Positions 33,529 to 48,915 of a DNA stretch of 64,000 bases are shown one piece after another. The notes under the pieces were generated by a model, which saw only the letters and a program-made list of their open reading frames with translations, was not told where the DNA came from and did not search any database. The position numbers and the translations under genes are program-made. Origin of the DNA: Eledone cirrhosa (lineage: Eukaryota). The stretch is taken from contig OZ024743.1 in assembly GCA_964016885.1 (NCBI GenBank), positions 143,716,001 through 143,780,000 of the forward strand, read 5' to 3'. Position 1 is the first letter of the stretch. Each line of letters begins with the position of its first letter.

Positions 33529-36500
33529 TTAAATAGGAATCCTTAAAAGTTGTTGAATTTCTTTAATAGAATCAGTCATGGACTTAAGTATTTGTTTATC
33601 ACAAGTGTTAAACAATAACTAGCTAAGAAATACAAATACCTACATTGCATATGAACTTCCAATTCCTGAAACGACAGTCCATTTATTATTACCTCATATT
33701 TTTGACCATTTTTATCTTATAAATATTTTATAAATAACAACAGCTGTTGGGAGTAGATTCCACAAACAAAATGATGCCATCATATGGAAAAAAGATCAAA
33801 GCCAACATAGAAGAGAAATAACAAAGAACTTCATTTTATGTTTATTTTCATTTGTGGAATGTTTTCGTTATGTAGGTTAACAGGTTATATGATGAATTTT
33901 CAATATATGACCAGACAAGGGTTGTAGATTGGCTGAATCATTAGAGCAGCGACAAAATGATTTGGAGCATTTATTTACATTTCTTTACATTCAGAGTTCA
34001 AATCTCGCCAAGAGCAACTTTGCCTTTCATCTTTCTGAGTTTGAAAGAATAATGTACTTATCGAGTAATGGGGTCAATTTAATCGATTTATCCCTCCCCC
34101 AAATTGTTGGCCTTGTGCCTAAATTAGAAACTAATATATAACCTGACAAAAACAAATCAGTGAGGATGAAGTGGAAGCAGTTGGCTCACTACTATATTAT
34201 ATATATCGAGTTTAGGAAATGGAATGGACTTCCGTCAGTTTTAACAATGAGTATTTCAGTTCGATCAATGGAACAGCCTGCTCATGAAATTAATTGTGAC
34301 TAAACATACCACATTTACACATACTCTTGACATAATTTTCAGGGAGATTCAGCTTGTGTTATTTACAGGTATAGCCTATTCAACGGGTTTTCAAACAGTT
34401 TCTGTCTACCCAATTTCACTCACAAGGCTGTGGTCAACCTGAGACTATAGCAAATGACACTTGCCCAAGATGTCACACAGTGAGATTGAACCCAGAACCT
34501 TATGATTGCAAAAGGAATCTTAACAATTTTGCCATACTGCATTTACACGAGTTTGCATGAGTTCATTTGCATGAGTTCGTTTGCATGAGATCAAATGCTT
34601 TATGGTATTTCTTCCATTCCTCCTCGCTTAGAATACAATCTTGCTGAAGTCAGTTTTGCTTTTTGTTCTTTCATGACCGATAAAATAAATATATTAGTCC
34701 AGTGACAGTAGAGTGCCGTAATTGTTAGTGTTTGACTTAGTATTGTTTGGTATCTGCTTTGTATTCTCGGTTCAAATTCTGCCTAAGGATTAAAATCCCA
34801 CCAATGGCCAAGGCTAATTACTTGCCCACAAGACCACAACTGATTATGAAAACTGCATTGGATGGAAGAAAATTGTGGTTGACTGTTCCTATAGTTGAAT
34901 GATAATGATGCTGACTGTTTTAATTGGTCTCGGTCATATTTCATACTTTTTGTATTCTTTTGTTATCCATGTCTTTTTGTTTTTCTTCACAACTGATTCT
35001 GTGTAAACCCCCATTATCATTATAACATGTCTTTGAGATATCTACTTCATATGTTGCTCTTGTGGCAAATAAAAGAAATAATGACCTAAATTATTATTAT
35101 AAGGATATGGGATTCTTAGAATCACACGGGTTGTTTTATGGTATTTGTTTTATGGTATTTTATGGCATTACTCTTTTTTCTGAGTTCAAATCCAGCTGAG
35201 GTCAACTTTGCCATTCATTTTTCTGGAGTCAGTAGAGGTGAAGTACTAGAGTCAGTGTATGTGTGTATGGATGGATGGATTGACGCGTAACTCCTGATGG
35301 CGTTATAAGAGCACCACCAAGACACAGTGTATTTTGGGTACATTAAACCTGGCAGAGCTCAACCCCCTCTCCAGAACTGAACACAGCAGATTTCTTCTAG
35401 AGAGGAAGAGAGTGGGAAAGAAAAAAGTCAGAAAAAGATATAGAGGAAGAATCGACCCTTTTGCTGGACTAATACTTTTCTATCAATTTTGAAAGGATTA
35501 AAAGTCAAGTTGACCTTGATAGAATGTGAACTGAGAGAACCAGAATGAACACCCCATCATCATCATTTTCTTTTTCTTTTTTCTTTTTCTTTTTTCTTTT
35601 TTTCTTTTTTCTTTTTTCTTTTTTTCTTTTTTTCTTTTTTTCTTTTTTCTTTTTTCTTTATCCTTTTTTCTTTATCCTTTTTTCTTTTTTCTTTTTTCTT
35701 TTTTCTTTTTTCTTTTTTCTTTTTCCTTTTTCCTTTTCTTCTTTTTCTTTTTTCTTCTATTTCTTTTTTCCCCTTTTCTTTTTCTTATTTTTTTCTTCTT
35801 CTCTCTGAGAGGTTGTTGGGGCAACCAAGGTTATAGATGTCATTCATCTTGCTCATGGTCAACATCTCTATCTCCTGTTGGCTTGTAAAATTTGTCCTGA
35901 AATTCTTCCCTTAGATATTTTAACCACGTCTGTAGTACTGAAGTTGTGATCTCTCAATGTGGAGAAATAGTGACTCCCTCATCTTTGAGTTATGCACACT
36001 GAGTATGATTTCTCAAGAAACTGTTCATTGGATATAATTCTACTATTGTTACTCTGGTGATCACTGTTACTGGATGTTTCTTTGAAGATTATAATGTCTG
36101 AGCTAAGCTGGAATACTGTATATAGTTGACTGGATAAATCTTTGTTGAGACACCCTAGCCAAGCATTTGCCAAATAATACAAACATCATTGGCAGTTCTA
36201 ATATAATTGTTTCTACTTTTGGCACAAGGCCAGCAATTATCCCAGTCTATTACTGGTACTTTATTTTATTGGCAGTTCTAATATAATGACAGCAAAAGAT
36301 GAATCTAAGTTTATGCACAAGAACTATATGTGTTAAGGTTCGTTTTACTATCATAAGGTACTGGGTTCAATCCCACTGCATGTGACAGCTCTTGGGTATA
36401 GGTGGAGTCAAACTCGACAGACAATTCCAACAATCATTGTTTAGCTATATGACCGAACAATAGCAGATCTCATTGTTACATTGGAATCTATTGTATTCCA

Positions 36501-39500
36501 GCATGTACACTTAGGAAGTGTAATAGTTACCAATGAGTTGACTGTTTTACGGAATATGAAGAATAAATAAATTTTCTTTTCATTTTTTATCTTTTGGCAA
36601 CACCATCACAGAAGCAGAGTTGTTAAAACACGTCAGATAGAATACTTTGTAATATTTGTTCTAGCTTGCTGTGCACTGAGTTCAAACTCTGCTGAGGTTA
36701 ATTTTGCCTTTCTTTCTCCCTTCTTTTTCTCTCCCTGTCTCTAGAAAAATCGACTGTGGTCAAACCAGAAAGGATAGGCTCCGCTAGCTTTTAAATGCCC
36801 AAGACACACTGTATGTCACTACAGAGCCCTTACAAGTAACATTACAGGCTCATACAAAAATCATTTAGAGGGAAATTGACATAATTATGGTACTTCATTG
36901 GGGTTGATCACTACTTATTTAATTGAATCCATATGACAAAATATTGCCCAATAGATAGTTTAAGCATTTGTTTCAACAAATAACAACCAAGTATACATTT
37001 TTAAAAATTCAAAGATATATTATTTGGAATTTGGTGAAAAATCATCACTTTCAGTTTCATTCAATTTAATTTTCTTAAAATCAGGTAGTTTTAAGTTTCA
37101 TTTAAAATCTTTTAAAAAATTGTATTATTGCTAGAAAGTTATGCAATTCATAATTATAGAAATTTGTGAAAAACCAGGTACATTTCAATATTAATTCTTT
37201 GTCAGCCATGTCCTATAACATTTCTATGACAATAAACTGCAAATTGCTAAAAGAATGTTTTTTTTTCTTATCAACATAATCTATATCTTCGAGACTGTAT
37301 CTATGCACAATTTCAACAAAGAATATGCATTATTAACAAAGTTGTGAGGAAACAAAATTGGGAGAAGAAGTTATAGAAATATCAAAGACATCATCAAAAC
37401 CACCAAACAAAATATTTGAAATTTAAAAATTAATGATACAATTCTCATTAATAATTGGTACAAATTACACTAAGCTGATTGGATATCATAACAATGCTGG
37501 TCTGCACATGTCACTACACCCCGCATTCCCAAATATTTGCGCAAGGGAGACAAGCTTGCAACCATCATACTCCACTTTCTTTTTTAAAGGTGCTTTTGAC
37601 GTGAAACATAAAATATAGGTTTAAACTGTTGTTTTAGTTTATTTTCACATTTATATTTCTAACTTGCACTGTAATGACTTTTCTAAAACATTAAAAAAAA
37701 ATATTTCTCTCAACACTATTTTTTTTGTTACATTTATGTATTTGTTTTGCGAGATTCTTGATGTTAATAAGACCCGAAAGAAGAGGAGACACAGAGAAGA
37801 ACAGCAGATAGTTATTGAGGAGGTTACAGAATGTGTGACGAAAAAGCTTTGACAAAATAACCAATAACTAATAATAATAAAGCTAAAGTGAAAGTCAAAT
37901 GGTGCATATGTTTTTATTGGCAAAATGACCATCCCCAAATAAATTTTGTTTGTTTGTTTTGGAATCAAATGTAGACACTGAAATTTGAAACTTATTTCTG
38001 TATCACTTTGAATCAAATTACTCTCATAGTTAATGGTATTTAAACACAAATTTGTACTGTTTATCATAATGGACTTGTGAATTTATTTGATGAATCAAAG
38101 TGAAGGCATTAATATTTTGTTTATAAAACACCCCTGTCAAATCCTTTAAAAATAATCTGATAAAGAGATTGCATAGTTTACAAGCCGAATTAAAGTCTAA
38201 AGAAATTCAAAGGTAACCTATTTGATCTGTCATATACACAGAGAAAGCGATGTAGTGGGAGAGGAAGAGGGATAGAGAAAGAAAAACAAAAAGATGCAGG
38301 GTGGGGTGGAAGGAGAAAAGGCACTATAGCAAATATCCTTGATGCAGATAAGCATTTTTTCAGTCAGGTCTTTTGGAATGAAAGGGTCTGTACTGGTGTT
38401 GTGAAATGACATTGCATATAAACTTAAGAATTCAGTGTAACATTCTCAGCAACACTAAACTACAGTTTAAGATTTATTACTCTTCATCAGAATTCTTTTG
38501 AAATGCTGAAAGAAAAGCAGCTATAACGAAAGTTATAAATTCGAAATTGTAGTCAGTTTTGTTGGGTGTGTTGTTTTAGATATATAAAATGAAAATGAAA
38601 TTAGACAAGAAATCTTTTTCCTAATTGTTTATAAATTTGGGTGTTTTCTATTATAGCTTTGGATTGACCAATGCATTGACTGAAATTTGTTAGATGGAAA
38701 CCGTGCAGAAGCCCATTGTATATATATACATATGTGTGTGTGTGTGTGGATTTTATTCGAAGAGCATGGTTTTTGTCAGACAAGAATGAAATCTTTAGGA
38801 AAACTGAAAGTTTCTGGTTAAAGTGGATATGTCATGCTATTTTTGTTAAATTATACATTATACTTGATTAAATGGAAAATTAATATTTCTTTGTGAAATT
38901 AGAATATTTTATTCCTTTATTTGTTTCAGTCATGTGACTGGACATGCTGGGTTTCAACATTGATTTTAGTTAATTATATCCACCCCAGTACCTATTTTAT
39001 TGATCTCTTTTTTTTTTGTTGAACCATTAAGTTACAGCACTAAACACACACTAAAAAACGTCTATAGTCTGCCCTGAGCTTAGAGGATCATTAGGCCAGG
39101 ACTTATCCCAGTTGCTTTGGCGTTAAATGACTGAGAGTACAAGACATCCTCCTGGATAGGATGCCCATCAATCGCAAGGTTAATCTTCCAGCTACTCTTG
39201 GTACTCATTTTTAATTATGTATCCAGGAGCAACATGAAATGAAGTGTTTTAGAACACAACACACAACCAGATCCACAAATTGAACCCACTACATGATGAT
39301 CCTATACTATAACAACTATATAAATATATTTGATAAAGTGCGTGGATATAGAAATACTTGGTTTGGTGCTTGAGTATGTGGTTAGCCCACCAGGAGTGAG
39401 AGACCCCTAGTTCCTGTTAAGACATCATTCTAGCAGAAGGAAAACTCTGATGTAAAACCTGCAACTCAATGTTGACTTGTTCTTCATTTTGGATACCTAT

Positions 39501-42452
39501 CACTGTTGTTCAGAGACACCTGTTACCGTGGTCCAGTGTAAGGCCTTTCTTCACTTAAAAAAGCTTCAAGCACAGGCACCACTTGATCTAAATAACTTTC
39601 ACATGTGTTGCGTGAGAATGGCCCTTTCTTTTTTTCTTTCACTGCAGCATATGCAGAAAGGAATCTAAGTCCTTGAAGGGCTAAAAAGTCATGTCTATAC
39701 CACCCATGTGTGAGAAAAAAGTCAAGGCATGGCAATTCTGAAAATCGAGATGCAACCATTATTATTATTATTATTTCTGTTATTATTATTATTGTTATTA
39801 TTATATACACACACACAGCATACATATACACACATGCACGCACACACACATACACACACACGCACGCACAACATACATATATATATATTACACAGTTATA
39901 TACACACACATGCATATATATATAGTAGTAGGTTGGTAAAGATATCCAGGGTATAGAGCAACTCAAGTCCATAGGGTGCCATACCAGGTACGTACGTTTC
40001 ATTAGTCCTGAGGACCAATTGTTCAACCTGTGTCAATGAAAATAAACTGGTTTTTTCAGTTGTGGGCTGCTTGCCAAACAAAGGGTTGGGTGGACCTTTC
40101 AGTCATGTCAAGGACATAACATCCCTAGTGTTTGGTGACCTACACAATAAACACACCTAGTACATGCTGTAAAATGGTTGGTTATAGGAAGGGCATCCAG
40201 ACATAGAAAGCCTTCCAAACAAAGGGCTCGGAGGACCCCTCAGTCATGTCAAGGATATAACAACCTCTTTTGTGTTGATGATCTACACGATGCACCAGTA
40301 CATGCTGTAAAGTGGATGGTGATACGAAGGGCATCCATCTTGCCAAATAAAAGGGTCAGGATGACTCTCAGTTGTGTCAAAGACATGAGAAGCTCTCCTG
40401 TGCATCCGGTAGAGTGTTGACCATACATAAATCAAGACAAAAATCCCTGGCCTGCCAGGGAAATCAATGGCTCTGCTTCAGTACTGACTTGGTCTATGTA
40501 GACTTGTCCAACCTTTGCTAGTAGGGAAAGCGGACGTTAAAATGACTACGATAATTATGATGATGAATATGTTTCCATTGAATTAATATCTAGTCTGGAA
40601 AAATGGATAATCCAGCACAGGTCTGGCACCAAAAATACTGAACAATCAGTGTTATACCTGTATCATAAATCTACTATTAAGATCTGTTCTAAAAAAAGGT
40701 CCTTTTTATGACACATTTATAGTAACCTTTTTCTAGCTATATTTCTATTAAAATATACTGCCAATGTGTTTCAATTTTTAAAATAATCGGAAAATTTGGA
40801 GGAATTTATTAAAATATCTAACTTTTTCATTATTAAGCTGGTGTTTGAAACATTATTTTACAAAAAAATAATTTTTATATAAAAAGTTACAATATGTCTG
40901 AACACTTACATCCTTTCAAGACTGTATTCCCAATGAGTTACACTTTATTTCAATGAATTTAAATACTCGTTAAAATGGGTGGTTTTGTTTTATATGACCA
41001 AAGGTAATTTTGGGTGGATTGGTATGAAAGGTTTAAAATGGGCAATTTTGTATCATAGAATCAGAGTTGACTTGTTATAAAAGGGTTAACCTACTGAGTT
41101 GTTTATCATGTTATACTTGAACTCCATTTGTTAAATAGATCTTTGGCACTCGTCATTATTATCAGATTTATGTCTGTTTTTCCATACTGGCATAGCTTGA
41201 ACCTCTTGAAGCAGAATTCTTCAGTCAGATACACTTCCTCATACCACTGATTTGTATTTTTTCCAAATAAGGTACAAACTTTTGCATGCCTAACCACTGA
41301 GCAATAGGATCTTTTTTACATGAAACATTGAAAGAGATCACTGTCTGTGATATCAATGTGAAAAGACATATAAATGTGATAAGCTTTCTTAGAGTTTCCA
41401 TTCATCAATTTCATATCATTTGTTTACTTGATACTATAGTAAAAGACATTTATTTGCTCAAAGTGCCATGCAGTAGGATAGAACCCAAGACCATATGTTT
41501 ATGAAGCAAACTTCTTAACCATCTTAACCAAACTTCTTAACGATCTAGCTATAGCTGCTAAATTAGAATACACTTGTGAAATTAAAATTATTGTATCAGA
41601 AAGATAAGATTGCTGACTTCTAATTTATATTGTTTTTAAACTTTTAGGCAAATCATTTGACTCAACTTGCTGAAAAATGAATAATGCTGCTAGACACTGA
41701 TCTCAGCAAACTCACATAGCCATTAGAATGCAAGCTAGAATATTTTAACTATTTGTTCTTGTTCTCTGTATTCCAAGTTGAAATGCCACTGAGATCAACT
41801 TTGCCTTTCATTCTTTTGGTGTCAATTGCTAGAGCATTGAATGAGATGCCTTGAAGCATCTCTTTCAGTGGTTTGTGTTCTATGTTCAAATTCTGCTTAG
41901 GGATTCAAATCTCACTGATGGCCACAGCTAATTGTTCAATCATAGAACACAACTGATTATGAAAGCTGCAATGGGGTTGGTGGGGGTGAGAAGGATTGCT
42001 GCGGTAAATAAACAAATGCACTCACTCTGATAGATGGACGTTTTAGTACCATGATAAAAAGTATGGTTGGTGTTAGGAAGGGTATCGAGCTGGAGAAACC
42101 AAGCCAGAAACAGTTCTGTATGAGCACGGCATAGTCACCTGACTTGACGTCTTGTAATCTGACAAATCGTCAACTCGTGCAAGTGTGAAAGTGGACACTA
42201 AACAATGATGATGATGAAATCTCAGTATTTGAAATAACAACCAGTCAGCCAGCAGTAAAAATAATTGATGCAATTGTTTGAATTAATTTCACTCATCCAA
42301 CCCATATAAACCTTTACAGACACACACAAAAAAAAAAAAAAAATCATCAAATATATGTAACTTTAAAAGGTCTAATCACATTATCTTGAAAACAAAATAG
42401 TAATCCCAAACTTCTTTCCACAAAACAAAAGTCCAGATGCATTCGTGAGTGA

Positions 42453-42648
42453 ATAATAATAATTGTTTCTACTTTAGGCACAAGGCCAGCAATTACCCAG
42501 TGCATTACTGGTACTTTATTTTATCGACCCCGTAAGGATGAAAGGCAAAGTCAACCTCGGCGGGATTTGAACTCAGATCGTAAAGGGACGTAACTATGCT
42601 AGAAAGCATGGCGTCCGACCCTCTACCGATACTGCCAATCCACCGCCC
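42453..42648 (-). mobile_element. tRNA-derived SINE, young copy
   Basis: Reverse complement nearly identical to 47148-47338 and 54134-54329. Confidence 0.85.
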
Positions 42649-42926
42649 CTGAGTGAATAATAATAATATTATCAATATTCGATTCATTTGCAAACAAACA
42701 GCCTCATAACACCATCTATTCAAGACAACTAACAATATCCTTTTGTTCCAGCAGTAGTAGAAAGAAAAACAATCTACAATTGTTTCGGGGTTATTGGCCC
42801 TTATCAAGAATGTGTATTTATCTAATTTCTACTGCATCCTGGAACTGTTGAGGATATATAGTATTCTCTAAAGCTGAGTAACCTAATTTGCATACCGAGC
42901 GATTTTACGTCTGGCTTTGATGAAAA

Positions 42927-43076
42927 TTAAAAACAAGATTTATTTTTGCTCTAACATGGCGGATACGTAAATGTATTTGTGAGTGAATATTAAAAATATT
43001 ATTATAATAATATTATTCATTCACGAATACATTTACATATCTGCCATGTTAGAGCATAAACAAATCTTGTTTTTAA
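42927..43076. repeat. 150-bp palindrome / foldback MITE-like element
   Basis: ttaaaaacaagattt..gctctaacatggcggatacgtaaatgtatttgtgagtgaata / tattcattcacgaatacatttacatatctgccatgttagagc..aaatcttgtttttaa. Confidence 0.75.
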
Positions 43077-44029
43077 AGGTTCAGATCTTCCATTGGAAAT
43101 ATAGAAAATTTTATTTACTTCCACAATATATAGATCGCAGATGATAAAAGATAAAAGCTTAATAGACTTTACAGTAGGTCAGTCAGTCAAATTTTAGCAT
43201 TGTCATTGTAAATGGTAGGTTTATTCTCACATTTGATTTTCTGTCCACGCCCGAATCTACTTCACTCTTTGTCAAAGTCAGTTGACAAGCGACATATCTT
43301 CTCATGATTGACAATAGAGTTAGTCAGTATTTTGAGTGGTTCAAGATGTATTGTTGAACATATCATTTTCAAGTTTTAGAATACACCTATAATGTAAAGA
43401 TTAAGTTTTAATATGTCACGAGGTTATTCCCATAAAAAGGATATATAGATCATGCAGTATATTGTATATATGATAGCATATTGAACATGTTTATGGTATA
43501 CAGAACACTTTTTTGTTAAAGTCTTTAACCTGGAAGCTTATCAGGTCACAGGTTATTCTGGTTTTGTGTTACATTAAACGACTGGGAATACAAGACTCCC
43601 CATTGGATGGGACACCAATCTGTCACAAGGTTAATTCCCAGCAGCGGCTGGTATTCATTTCTTTCAGTTGAGTGGGCAAAAGCAACATGAAAGGAATTGC
43701 CTTGTTGCAGGACACAGTGCATCACCAAATCCATGGATAGAACCAATAATCCTATGTTTGTGAGTCCAATACCTTAACAACTAGGTTACATGTATTTCAG
43801 AATTATTACTCATTGTCCAAACTCACCTACACAGAGATACTGAAGTAAATGTACGTTTATTGTACATAAACATATTGCATATGGGCAAATTGTGCATGGG
43901 TCCATATTTGCCTATATTCTGAATCCCATTGTATTAGTGATATTGCTAATTAAAGTTCATTTAATACTCTAAACATTGTCATCTGTCTTTCAGTTAACTA
44001 TTTTGTCATTTTCTCTGCTGTAATAATAG

Positions 44030-44792
44030 TAATAATAATGATTTCTTATATAGGCACAAGGCCAGCAATTCCAGGGGGAGAGGAAAGTCGATTAAATCGA
44101 CCCCAGTGCATGACTGGTACTTTATTTTAAAGTAAAGATAAAAGGCAAAGTTAACCTTGGTGGGATTTGAACTCAGACCGTAAAGGGCCATAACTCTATG
44201 CTGAAAATCATAGCGTCCAACCCTCTACCGATACTGCCAATCAATAACAATTGTTTCTACTATAGGCACAAGGCCAGTAATTTGAAGGGAAGGGGAAGGT
44301 TATTTAAATCGACCCCAGTACATTATTGGTACTTTATTTTATCGACTCCAGAAGAATAAAAGGCAAAGTTAACCTCAGCGGGATTTGAATTGATAATAAT
44401 ATTTTGGTTAATTTTGCCTTTTATTCTTCTGGGGTCGATAAAATAAAGTACTAGTCAAATGCTGAGGTTGGTTTAATCAACTTTGCCCTTCCCCCAAAAC
44501 AGTATTTTTCAACATAGACACAAGGCCACTAATTTGAGAGGGAACAGTTGATGATAGCTGATAACAGTTGATGACTGGTTTTTATTTCACCGATCCAGGC
44601 AAGATTTTTAACTCAAGGGTGCAACTAAATACCAGAAGTCAGTTTCTCTAGTGTCTACTAAATCTGCCTTCCACTAGCCTTTGCAATAATAATAATAATA
44701 ATTGTTTCTACTATTGGCACAAGGCCAGCAATTACCCAGTGCATTACTGGTACTTTATTTTATCGACCCCGTAAGGATGAAAGGCAAAGTTA
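44030..44792 (-). mobile_element. Cluster of the same SINE family (several full/partial copies, mostly minus)
   Basis: Repeated ggcacaaggccagc..actggtactttattttatcgac..aaaggcaaagttaacc..gggatttgaa. Confidence 0.75.
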
Positions 44793-44862
44793 ATAAAACA
44801 TTTCTAGCATAGGCTTAAGGCTAATAATAATGGTGGCAATAATTGATTGGTATTTTATTTTA

Positions 44863-45473
44863 TCTTTATATATATAAAAGCGAGGTTGTGTATGTGTCTG
44901 TGTACAACTTTTCATACTTAAGGCTTTTACAATTACCAACTGAATTTGACCAAATTTTCTGTGCACGTTGCACAGGTCGCTAAGATTGTCACATCAGAAA
45001 CATTTTTCAAATTGACCCATGTTGAGCAATAAAAAATCGATATCAAAATTATCGGTAGCAAAATTGATGTAAGGGAGGTAACCAACTTTATTGACAATCC
45101 TTATAAAAAAGGGAGATAATCAAAATATAAACATCACATTCATTTGAAGATAAATCACTAATATTGTCGTTTGTATACAACTCTGCTTTCATTACAACTT
45201 TTTGTACTTTAGCAAAACTGCCTGTTTTTTTACAGATTTGCAACGTGTATTGTCTTTAATCATTTGTATAACTACACCCTGTTCAGTGTTTTCCTTCATT
45301 ATCAGCATAGTTTTATGTGTACAAAGATTGCGCTAAATATTCGTTTGCATTAATTATTGAAGACTTCTGCTTATTTTGACAGGTTGGGGTCAAATAATGT
45401 TCTTCTTTTACTTCCTAGCTGTATATTCTTAGCATAATTTCAAACCCCGAGCAACGGCGGGTAAATCTGCTAG
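44863..45473 (+). mobile_element. Non-autonomous Helitron inserted into a SINE remnant
   Basis: 5' TC(TTTATATATATAAAAG), 3' hairpin cccgagcaacggcggg followed by CTAG; inserted at A|T with no TSD; flanks rejoin as SINE-like ttttattttA|Tcaac..aaagga. Confidence 0.8.
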
Positions 45474-46399
45474 TCAACTCTAAAAGGAAGAAAAGAAAAA
45501 TTGCATCTGGCAGGATTTGAACACAGTAATAATAATAATTTTTTCTAACATTGATACTTTATTTTATCGCTCCCAGAAGGATGAAAGACAAAGTTGACTT
45601 ATAGGGGAATTGAAACTCAGAATGAAGGTAATAAATTATAATAATAATATCTATATCTCTTGTGTAAAGTAAGATCTAGAAAGCCAAGACCAACATATGG
45701 TTTCAGTCCCAAGTAACATCCATTTCACTTCACTCACATTGCGTTTGGAAAGGCAGAAGTATTACATTCCTAGTTCTCCTTACTCTTAAAATATATGTTG
45801 TTCAGCATCATTCTACTGCAGGAGCAAATAACTAATCCTTCTCCACCCATTGTAGCTTTAATAATCACTTGTGATCCTTTGGTTGGATTATTTGCTCTGG
45901 CCATTGGTGGAATTTTAACTCAGAACATAAAGTACTGGAATATACACCACAGGGCATCTTGTCTGACACCATAACAATTCTGCCATGAATTAGTACTTTA
46001 TTTCATTGCCCTTGAATGGAGGCAAGGGAAAGTTGACCGTTGCAGGATTTGAACTCAGAGTGCAGAAAAGCAGGACAAATACCACAGGATAATCTATCCA
46101 AGCTTTAATGACTCAATCAAAGCCATTCCATTATACCTAATCCAAGTAAAACCATTTGTAGCATTCTAAAAAGATGGAAAAAAAAGTGTTAGTAGCTCTT
46201 TAGCGAAGTGGCTAACACATACAAGTAGGATTTGAGAGATGTAGGATTTGATTCCTTGCAAATGATTGTATTCTCTTTTTCTTTTTTTAAGGGTAATTTA
46301 TCTGATTTTAAGGGTAATTTATTGTCTGTGTTCAAGACACTCACATTGTCAAATTTCAAACACTCCTAACTCTTTGTAAATCAAAGATTTTTGCAAAAT

Positions 46400-48190
46400 T
46401 GGTTTGAGGATTGGATAAAATGCCATTGCATTATTTGTTCAAATCCTGCCAAGGTCAACTTGACTTTTCATCCTTTCAGGGTCAATAAAATAAACTACAA
46501 GTCAAGTATGGGGTTGATTTAATTGATTTTACCCATATCTCAAATTTGCTGACTTTGAAACACATTGTAGTTTTTTGTTACTGTTCTCTACAGTCTGGTT
46601 TCAAATCTTACCAAAGTCAACTTTGTCTTTCATCTCATCCTTCTGGGGGTCAATAAAATAAAGTACCAGTAATGCATTGGGGTTGATTTAAATGACTTTC
46701 CTTTTACCTCAACTTGCTGGTCTTGTACCAATGCCAGAAAGAATTGTTATTACTATTATTATTAATTATTGTTTGTAAGGTGGTGGATTGGCAGTATCAG
46801 TAGAGTGCCGGACACCATGCTTTGTGGCATAGAGTTACGACCCTTTATGTTCTGAGTTCAAAACCTGCCGAGGTTAGCTTTGCCTTTCATTCTTATGGGT
46901 TCAATAAAATAAAGTACCAGTAATGCACTGGGGTAGAGTTACTCAAATTTCTCCTCTCCCAAACTTGTTGGCCTTTTGCCTTGTATTGTTATCAATGACT
47001 ATTACAATGACTGTTAGTGTTAGAGCCACTGTTTTCCTTTTGGTGATATATTCTTTCCTTTACTTCATGTAAAATTCATTCTTGTTATTTTCTTCCTTGT
47101 ACTGTCACAAATGTCTTGGGCCCTTGTGGCCAATAAAAGAAGTTATTTGGATTGGCAGTATCGGTAGAGGGTCGGACGCCATGCTTTCCAGCATAGTTAC
47201 ATCCCTTTACGATCTGAGTTCAAATCCCGCCGAGGTTGACTTTGCCTTTCATCCTTACGGGGTCGATAAAATAAAGTACCAGTAATGCACTGGGTAATTG
47301 CTGGCCTTGTGCCTAAAGTAGAAACAATTATTATTATTGCAAGGGCGATAGATTAGCAGTATCGATAGAGCATCAGACACCATGCTTTGCAGCAGAGAGT
47401 TATGGTCCTTTACATTCTGAGTTCAAATCCTGCCGAGGTTAGCTTTGCCTTTCATCCTTACGGGGTCAATAAAATAAAGCACCAGTGAGTACTGGGGTCG
47501 ATTTAACCTTTTAGCATTTACATCACTGTATATATACTATTGTATTTTCATGGTAAACACTTCATCTCACATAATTATCTCACATAATATCGACTCTACA
47601 ATACCTTAACATAAGTATGAGCAGCCAGTTATGGCTGGTTTGAACAGAAAGAGGTGAGAGAATTCTGGCTGGATATGGCCAGTTTAAATGCTAAAGGATT
47701 AATCAACTTTTCCCTCTCCTTCAAATTGCTGGCCTTGTTCCTAAAGTAGAAACAATTAATATTATTATTACAGTGGATTGGCAGAATCATTAGTGTGTTG
47801 GACAATATATCTTGTGGTATTTGTTTTGGGATTTATACATTTCAAGTTCAAATCTCACTAAGGTCTACTTTAATTTTATTCTTTCGGGGCTCAATAAAGT
47901 AGCAGTCAAGTACTGGGGCTGATATAAATAACATTTTCCTCTGCCATGATTGCTGGCCCTGTGCCTAAATTAGAAACTATAATCATTATTAGGGTGTTGG
48001 ACGAAATGTTTTGCAATATTTATTCTGGCTCTTTATGTTCTGAGCTCAAATCCTGGCAAGGTTAGCTTGGCCTTTCATCCTTTTGGAGTTGATAAAATAA
48101 AGTATTGGCCAAGTACTAGAGCTGATATAAGGCCCTTACACCCCAAGTTGCTGATCTTGTGTCTAAATCAGAAACCATTATTATTTCTTA
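46400..48190 (+). mobile_element. Head-to-tail cluster of ~7 SINE copies of varying age
   Basis: Recurrent box B and tttcatcc..ggtc(a/g)ataaaataaagtaccag core; youngest at 47148-47338. Confidence 0.8.
47507..47698. mobile_element. piggyBac-type MITE nested in a SINE
   Basis: TTAA-CCTTTTAGCATTTA...TAAATGCTAAAGGA-TTAA; removal restores SINE ggggtcgatttaatcaacttt. Confidence 0.82.
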
Positions 48191-48915
48191 TTATTGGTGG
48201 TGATGTTGGTGTTGGTCATGTTGATTGTGATAGTTGTAGCAATATTGGAAAAATCTGTCTTAAATAAACTAATCTGTTTTCACGAGAATCTTCACATCAG
48301 ATTTATTAAATACAAACTGTGGTATTGGCTCATTTCCCCCTCCTTTTACACACACACATTCACAATACAACCACACATGGACATCTACAGACACACACAA
48401 CCACACATGGACAACTACAGACACACACAACCACACACATATATATATATACACACATAGCCAAGCATAGACAACTACAGATATGCACATACACAATCAC
48501 ACATGAGCAACTAGATGCATGCAGACATTCACATATAGGCAACTACAGACCCCCCCCCCCACACACGCATGGGCAACTAGAGATAAACACATAACCATGC
48601 ATAGACAAGTACAGATACACATACATACATACACATACTATCACACATGATCAACAATAGACATACACACAATCACGCACACACATATATATACACACAC
48701 ACACACACACACAACCATAATGGCCAACTATAGATACGCACATATAGACACTGCTACAAACACACACACACTAATATGTATATATATATATACATAATCA
48801 TTATACATATCCACACACAAACATACACTCCCACACAGATACACACTTACAAAATGACACAAGTAGATCCACACCCACACATTAACAAGTTCACACACAC
48901 ACACACAAACACACA

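Noticed and set aside
37664-37852. Short charged ORF (KTRKKRRHREEQQ) as a possible host exon
   Set aside because: No recognisable domain, no clear splice context, no partner exons
38450-38495. Minus-strand CTGATGA..TAAActgtagTT
   Set aside because: GAAA broken and stem I does not pair; may be chance
41106-41297. 63-aa complex-sequence ORF
   Set aside because: No recognisable homology by eye; could be an old TE remnant
46194-46260. tRNA-like sequence (also ~53850-53910)
   Set aside because: Box A/B-like only with no complete cloverleaf; probably SINE heads rather than tRNA genes
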